From an uncultured Rikenellaceae bacterium (GTDB lineage: Bacteria; Bacteroidota; Bacteroidia; Bacteroidales; VadinHA17), in assembly GCA_964596715.1 (NCBI GenBank), contig CAZQVL010000005.1:10142-74141 (forward strand): a stretch of 64,000 nucleotides of DNA. The letters are read 5' to 3'. The position numbers and the translations under genes are program-made. This document shows positions 59,711-64,000 of the stretch, piece by piece; the first letter of the stretch is position 1; the number at the start of each line of letters is the position of its first letter. Under the pieces are notes generated by a model. That model did not search any database. It worked only from the letters and a program-made list of their open reading frames with translations, and was not told the origin of the DNA.

Positions 59711-59740
59711 GTTATATATTAATAGTAATATTGTTATTCG

Positions 59741-60667
59741 TTAATTAGTTTTTATCTGCACCAGTCTTATTGGCATGGTTGCCGGGACAAGTCCCGATTT
59801 AAGAACAATACGCTGGCCTTGTTCTGCACAAGCCCATTGGATAAATCCGGATCCCAGTCCCTTGAAAGTTTCCCTTGTAATAAAAAAGATCTCCCTTACA
59901 AAAGGATATGACCTGTCGTATATAAAACCCTGATGAGGGCGATAATAAGTTCCGTCATTAAAATATTTCCTCGAAACTGCTACAACATTAACTTTATTAA
60001 TAAAACTCATGCTCAGTGAATCATCTTTATCACTTATCCAGTTCACACTGATTATCCCCAGAGCATCAGGATTACGTGAAACATAATCAACCACTTCCGC
60101 ATTATTGTTAACCGCAAAGAAATTGTTACCCAGTGCTTCCTCAATTTCAAACATCTCTTTGAAATACCTTATGTTTCCTGATCTGGTATTGTCAAAAATA
60201 ACATTTATTAGATCGAGCTGAGACCTGGGATTGATATCTTTCCATCTCCTGGTTCTACCACGAAAAATATCCCCCACAGTTTCATACTTAAGGAGTGTAT
60301 CCCTGTTTGCCTTATTTGTAATCAATGCGATTGCGTCATATGCAAAAGTTGTGGTTCGTGCAATTACCAGTGTATCACGCAAATATTGAATCTGGTTGTC
60401 AGTGAGTTTCTGGCTTGTTACCATCACTTTAACGGAATCGTTCATAAAGTCATTAATAACATCATATTCTGGTTTATACAGAGGTGTTATTTTTGCATAA
60501 TTATATAAGCTGGTAAAAGTAAAAATCTCAGTATCAATAAGTGGCTTGAAAGATTCATCAACAGCAATTCTAATATCACCCCTGGTGGGAGTCTCATTAT
60601 AACCGGATTTTCCTCCCCCCCTGCATGCAAACAACAGGACCAATAATGCAAGTGAGAGAAAACGCAT
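59741..60667 (-). CDS. PstS-family (PBP-like) substrate-binding lipoprotein
   Basis: Start at Met38 (ATG at 60667) gives MRFLSLALLVLLFAC, a lipoprotein signal. The ORF track extends to 60778. Periplasmic-binding-protein-like sequence. No ABC permease or ATPase gene is adjacent. Confidence 0.55.
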   Translation of the reverse strand: MRFLSLALLVLLFACRGGGKSGYNETPTRGDIRIAVDESFKPLIDTEIFTFTSLYNYAKITPLYKPEYDVINDFMNDSVKVMVTSQKLTDNQIQYLRDTLVIARTTTFAYDAIALITNKANRDTLLKYETVGDIFRGRTRRWKDINPRSQLDLINVIFDNTRSGNIRYFKEMFEIEEALGNNFFAVNNNAEVVDYVSRNPDALGIISVNWISDKDDSLSMSFINKVNVVAVSRKYFNDGTYYRPHQGFIYDRSYPFVREIFFITRETFKGLGSGFIQWACAEQGQRIVLKSGLVPATMPIRLVQIKTN

Positions 60668-60902
60668 GGATGAAATCAGATTATGTTTATTAGCTTTATT
60701 CACAACGCTTCCAGCTGTGGAATAAAAGTTCCGAAGGACAATATTAATAAATTTTTGAATAACTGCTACCATGCTCATATTCTTTTAATTTTATTAAAAA
60801 ACATTATTTACTGATTATATTACTGCAAAGTATATGCCAAGGCTGGTCAGATTTAAAATAAATCCATTATGCCTTCCCTGCTTTCGTGCAGAAATAACTG
60901 AT

Positions 60903-61157
60903 TTATTCCGCATTTTTGTCATCGGTAAAAAATGCTTCAACAATCTGAATATATGTTCTGTATGCTCTGTAAAGGCCATAGAAAATAAACGTGGATCCTA
61001 CAATCACCCGCAAAGCCTTATCCAGATATGTTTTCTCAAAAAAGAAAGCAAGATAAATACCAATACCCAGATAAAAAAACACCATGAATATACTGAAAAT
61101 AGCACCCATTTGTCTAAGTATTCTGTTCCCGTCCATGTTGAAAAAATAAGAGGTCAA
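60903..61157 (-). CDS. small membrane protein (two TM helices)
   Basis: 84 aa with hydrophobic segments AIFSIFMVFFYLGIGIYLAFFF and VIVGSTFIFYGLY. Preferred over the overlapping low-complexity plus-strand ORF. Confidence 0.5.
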   Translation of the reverse strand: MTSYFFNMDGNRILRQMGAIFSIFMVFFYLGIGIYLAFFFEKTYLDKALRVIVGSTFIFYGLYRAYRTYIQIVEAFFTDDKNAE

Positions 61158-61236
61158 ATAAACAAAATATCACATTATAATCAAAAGAAAGACAAAAAAC
61201 ATCATTAAAGTATATAGTTAATAAAATAATTGTAAA

Positions 61237-62511
61237 TCATCTGAATAACAACGAACTATCTCCATAACTTAGTAATCTGAAATCATTTAGCAAAGCATAC
61301 CTGTAAATACTTTTCCACCTGTCACCCACCCATGCTGCTGTTAAGAGGAGGAGAGAGCTGCGGGGAAGATGGAAATTGGTAATCAGCCCGTCAACAAACT
61401 TAAAATCATAACCTGGTATTATCATAATCCGGGTCGAAGCGTGCAGATGTCCCAGGTTATTTATTGTCATAAGGTTAAGTAATGCGTCCAGTGATTCTGG
61501 AACAGGTATTTCTTTATGCATTTCATACGCTTCCCACTGACCAAGAGTCAGAGTACCGACATTGCCGCCGGGATGCAATATAGTTTTAACGCCAAGCCAG
61601 TAAAGGCTTTCAAGTGTTCTTACAGAGGTTGTACCAACAGGAATAATTTTTTTCTTTGCTGCCTTTAATTTTTCAATTGTATTTTTTGTGACAAATAAAT
61701 GTTCAGAATGCATTTCATGCTCAGTAACATAATCTGATTTCACAGGTTTAAAGGTCCCGGCCCCGATATGGAGTGTCAGTTCAGTTATTTCAACACCCTT
61801 TTTTAAGACTTTTTCAATGACTTCTTTTGTAAAATGAAGTCCGGCTGTAGGGGCAGCAACTGATCCCTTAATACTTGAATATATTGTCTGGTAATCTATA
61901 TTGTCATTTTCATTTTCATCCCTTTTAATATATGGTGGAAGTGGAATATGGCCAGCCATTTCTGTTATATCACTGAAACTGAGATCATCACAATCCCATG
62001 TAAACCTTATCCTCCATGCTTCCCTTTCAGCATGTATCTTTTCAGCTATAAGTTCAACATTTTTTCCTTCATGACAAATATGATTGCTTAAAGAACCACT
62101 TTTCCATTTCTTCAGATTTCCGACAATACATTTCCATTCAACCGGTTGTTTTGAGCTGAAAGACAATTCATAGTTATCCGGAGTTAAAGGTTCAATGCAG
62201 AAAATTTCAATAATTGCCCCGGTTTCTTTCTGAAACAGAAGCCTGGCCCGTATAACCCGTGTGTTATTAAAAACAAGGAGAGAATTTGAGGGAATATATT
62301 TGTCAATATTTCTGAAAATATTCTGCCCGATGCATCCCCTGTCATATATAAGTAACCTTGACTCACCCCGGTTTTTAACAGGATGTTGTGCAATTCTTTC
62401 TTCAGGAAGACTATAATCATAATCCTCCATATTGATTCTGTAAGCAATATCTATTAATTTTTCCATTTTCTGAACCGGGCAAAAATAACCAATTTTATAG
62501 TTTCTCCTCAA
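61237..62511 (-). CDS. queA: S-adenosylmethionine:tRNA ribosyltransferase-isomerase
   Basis: YDYSLPEERIAQHP, PLPPYIKR, AAPTAGLHFT, and VGTTSVRTLES. The true start is probably internal (Met28 at 62430, or Met16 at 62466). Confidence 0.9.
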   Translation of the reverse strand: MRRNYKIGYFCPVQKMEKLIDIAYRINMEDYDYSLPEERIAQHPVKNRGESRLLIYDRGCIGQNIFRNIDKYIPSNSLLVFNNTRVIRARLLFQKETGAIIEIFCIEPLTPDNYELSFSSKQPVEWKCIVGNLKKWKSGSLSNHICHEGKNVELIAEKIHAEREAWRIRFTWDCDDLSFSDITEMAGHIPLPPYIKRDENENDNIDYQTIYSSIKGSVAAPTAGLHFTKEVIEKVLKKGVEITELTLHIGAGTFKPVKSDYVTEHEMHSEHLFVTKNTIEKLKAAKKKIIPVGTTSVRTLESLYWLGVKTILHPGGNVGTLTLGQWEAYEMHKEIPVPESLDALLNLMTINNLGHLHASTRIMIIPGYDFKFVDGLITNFHLPRSSLLLLTAAWVGDRWKSIYRYALLNDFRLLSYGDSSLLFR

Positions 62512-62527
62512 TTTTTATTATTTTTGC

Positions 62528-62939
62528 AATGCAGCTGGTTGTTTCATCGTTCCGTCCCGATGCCGGTTGCTATCGGAACCATCGGGATTTCGGGAAGGAA
62601 AGTCCGGACAACACAGAGCACCATACTTCCTAGCTGGAAGATATCCGCGAGGGTATATAAGTGTAACAGAAAATAACCTCCTTGACCGAAACGTCATGGG
62701 AAGGGTGAAAAGGTGAGGTAAGAGCTCACCGGTTCCGGTAGCGATACCGGAAGCCGTACACCTTATGGGTTGAAAGACCATGTATACCGGCCATAAGGGC
62801 TGCTCGTCCGATGCCGGGGGGTGGGTCGAATGATCCTGCCAGTGATGGCAGGACAAGATAAATGATGAAGCCCGTTTCTTAATTTCTTTCGCAGATACCA
62901 GAATACGGGACAGAATCCGGCTTACAGACCAGCTGCATT
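62528..62939 (+). ncRNA. rnpB: RNase P RNA, bacterial type A
   Basis: P1 pairing AATGCAGCTGGT (62528-62539) with ACCAGCTGCATT (62928-62939). Conserved blocks GGAAAGTCCGGACA, AAGGGTGAAAAGGTGAGGTAAGAGCTCACC, AGATAAATGA, and ACAGAATCCGGCTTAC. Confidence 0.9.
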
Positions 62940-62997
62940 ATTAAATGCAAGGACAGGCAAAATGCCCGTCTTTGCGTTTAATTAACCATCCGGAATT

Positions 62998-63702
62998 TTA
63001 TTTGAGTTTGAATGTAGTGTCCTCCATTGGAATATTTACCTCAATCTTGTCAAAACTCACAACTGCTGCTTCCATCCCATTTGCAAAAGTCGTGGTTTTC
63101 TTTGGTAAAACCACTCCATCATAATCAACATAATCAGTCATGTATGACTCAACACTCATTCTATTGCCCATTTGTTCAACTGTAGCTGATGATTTAACCA
63201 GATAATAGGAGCTTTTATCAATAAACATAAATACAGGACCGGTTACCTCAACTTCGGCTTTTAGCTTAAATGCAGGTTTACCATTAACAACTTCTTCACC
63301 CTCAAATGTTAATTTTCCATCGTTGAGATAATCCAAAACCTGGTTGGAAAATAAATTAGTATTCTGGATCTGCCTGAGTTGATCCCCAGTAAGTTCAATC
63401 GGCTCAGTTGTGCCCATCATCGGATTAACAGTATATCCTTTCTCTCCATCAAAAACTGTGACCATTTCCTGCCCCTGGAAACTGTATACAGTCTTTATCT
63501 TATTCGGATTTTTCATATATATTTCCAATGGCATTTCCATTCCCATAGTTGACATTTTTCCGGAAACCTTTATTGTTGTCATGGTTGCAAGCTTGTCCTG
63601 ATTTGTAACTTCGGAGTACTTTCCAACAATTTCCTCAAGTGATTGTGCATTAATGACAGCAACTGCCAGGAGTCCCGTCATAACAAGAAATAATTTTTCC
63701 AT
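62998..63702 (-). CDS. LolA-like / outer membrane lipoprotein-sorting family protein
   Basis: Signal peptide MEKLFLVMTGLLAVAVINAQ. 234-aa beta-rich sequence resembling LolA-fold periplasmic proteins. Assignment is tentative. Confidence 0.5.
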   Translation of the reverse strand: MEKLFLVMTGLLAVAVINAQSLEEIVGKYSEVTNQDKLATMTTIKVSGKMSTMGMEMPLEIYMKNPNKIKTVYSFQGQEMVTVFDGEKGYTVNPMMGTTEPIELTGDQLRQIQNTNLFSNQVLDYLNDGKLTFEGEEVVNGKPAFKLKAEVEVTGPVFMFIDKSSYYLVKSSATVEQMGNRMSVESYMTDYVDYDGVVLPKKTTTFANGMEAAVVSFDKIEVNIPMEDTTFKLK

Positions 63703-63725
63703 AAAATTGGTATTAGTTGTTTTTA

Positions 63726-63998
63726 TTAAGTAAATGAATTAATGGTCTTTCTGATAGCTGTAAGCTTTCCAAGGAGTCCATCGAGTCCTGAAAGTTTCAG
63801 CATGTTGGCCCCATCTGATTTTGCATTTGCCGGGTCGGGATGAGTTTCCAGAAATATTCCATCGGCACCTACACTTACTGCTGCTTTACCTATTGTTTCA
63901 ATAAGCTCCGGTTTTCCTCCCGAGACACCTTCCTCCTGATTCGGTTGCTGAAGCGAATGTGTAATGTCCATGATGACCGGAACCCCTGTTTCCTGCAT
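63726..63998 (-). CDS. kdsA: 3-deoxy-8-phosphooctulonate synthase, C-terminal part (gene continues beyond window end)
   Basis: DITHSLQQP ... GADGIFLETHPDPANAKSDGANML is the conserved KdsA C-terminus. Confidence 0.88.
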   Translation of the reverse strand: MQETGVPVIMDITHSLQQPNQEEGVSGGKPELIETIGKAAVSVGADGIFLETHPDPANAKSDGANMLKLSGLDGLLGKLTAIRKTINSFT

Positions 63999-64000
63999 AA

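Noticed and set aside
60834-61208. 124-aa plus-strand ORF overlapping the 84-aa minus-strand ORF
   Set aside because: The sequence is Lys/Asn/His-rich low-complexity text with no hydrophobic core. The minus-strand ORF encodes two clean TM helices and is the better candidate. Neither is certain.
62518-62856. 112-aa ORF on the minus strand (MSCHHWQDHSTHPP...)
   Set aside because: It lies entirely within the RNase P RNA gene on the opposite strand. Its composition reflects the GC-rich structured RNA, not a protein.

Overview
This window reads as a chromosomal core segment of a Bacteroidota genome, with low GC. Three things support that assignment: a T9SS C-terminal sorting domain, GldI-like FKBP lipoproteins, and recurrent TAnnTTTG -7 promoter motifs. 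About 56 genes are packed tightly on both strands and nearly all are housekeeping. They include recF, ndk, ribH, dnaA, galK, rpsF-rpsR-rplI, dnaX, secA, dapA, ligA, argS, ffh, folD, aroE, truA, queA, kdsA and an exbB-exbD-exbD-tonB cluster. One RNA gene is present, RNase P RNA (rnpB, + strand, about 62528-62939), and a spurious 112-aa ORF on the opposite strand overlaps it. By eye I found no tRNA or rRNA genes, CRISPR array, transposase, integrase, toxin-antitoxin pair or recognisable defence island.

The most unusual locus is a compact minus-strand operon at 34502-39619. It encodes an AmmeMemoRadiSam system, whose function is unknown. Here the Memo-like and AMMECR1-like proteins are fused behind a signal peptide, the radical SAM enzyme has a Tat-like N-terminal extension, and an 807-aa polytopic membrane protein with a spermidine-synthase-fold domain sits between them.

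The second notable signal is an A9 slippery tract in dnaX at the domain III/tau boundary. Stop codons follow closely in both alternative frames, so a gamma-like short product may be made by frameshifting or transcriptional slippage.

Lesser observations:
- an extremely AT-rich region with homopolymer hairpins upstream of dnaA (weak oriC/DUE candidate)
- an orphan minus-strand terminator in a 320-bp AT-rich spacer
- a 12-bp x4 tandem repeat
- a CGCAAAG/CGCAGAG-type short repeat element
- several poorly characterised large proteins: a 582-aa protein with a transglutaminase-like Cys-His signature, a 940-aa secreted FGE-domain fusion, and a T9SS metzincin-like protease

All functional calls come from motif recognition in the supplied translations. 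No database search was run.
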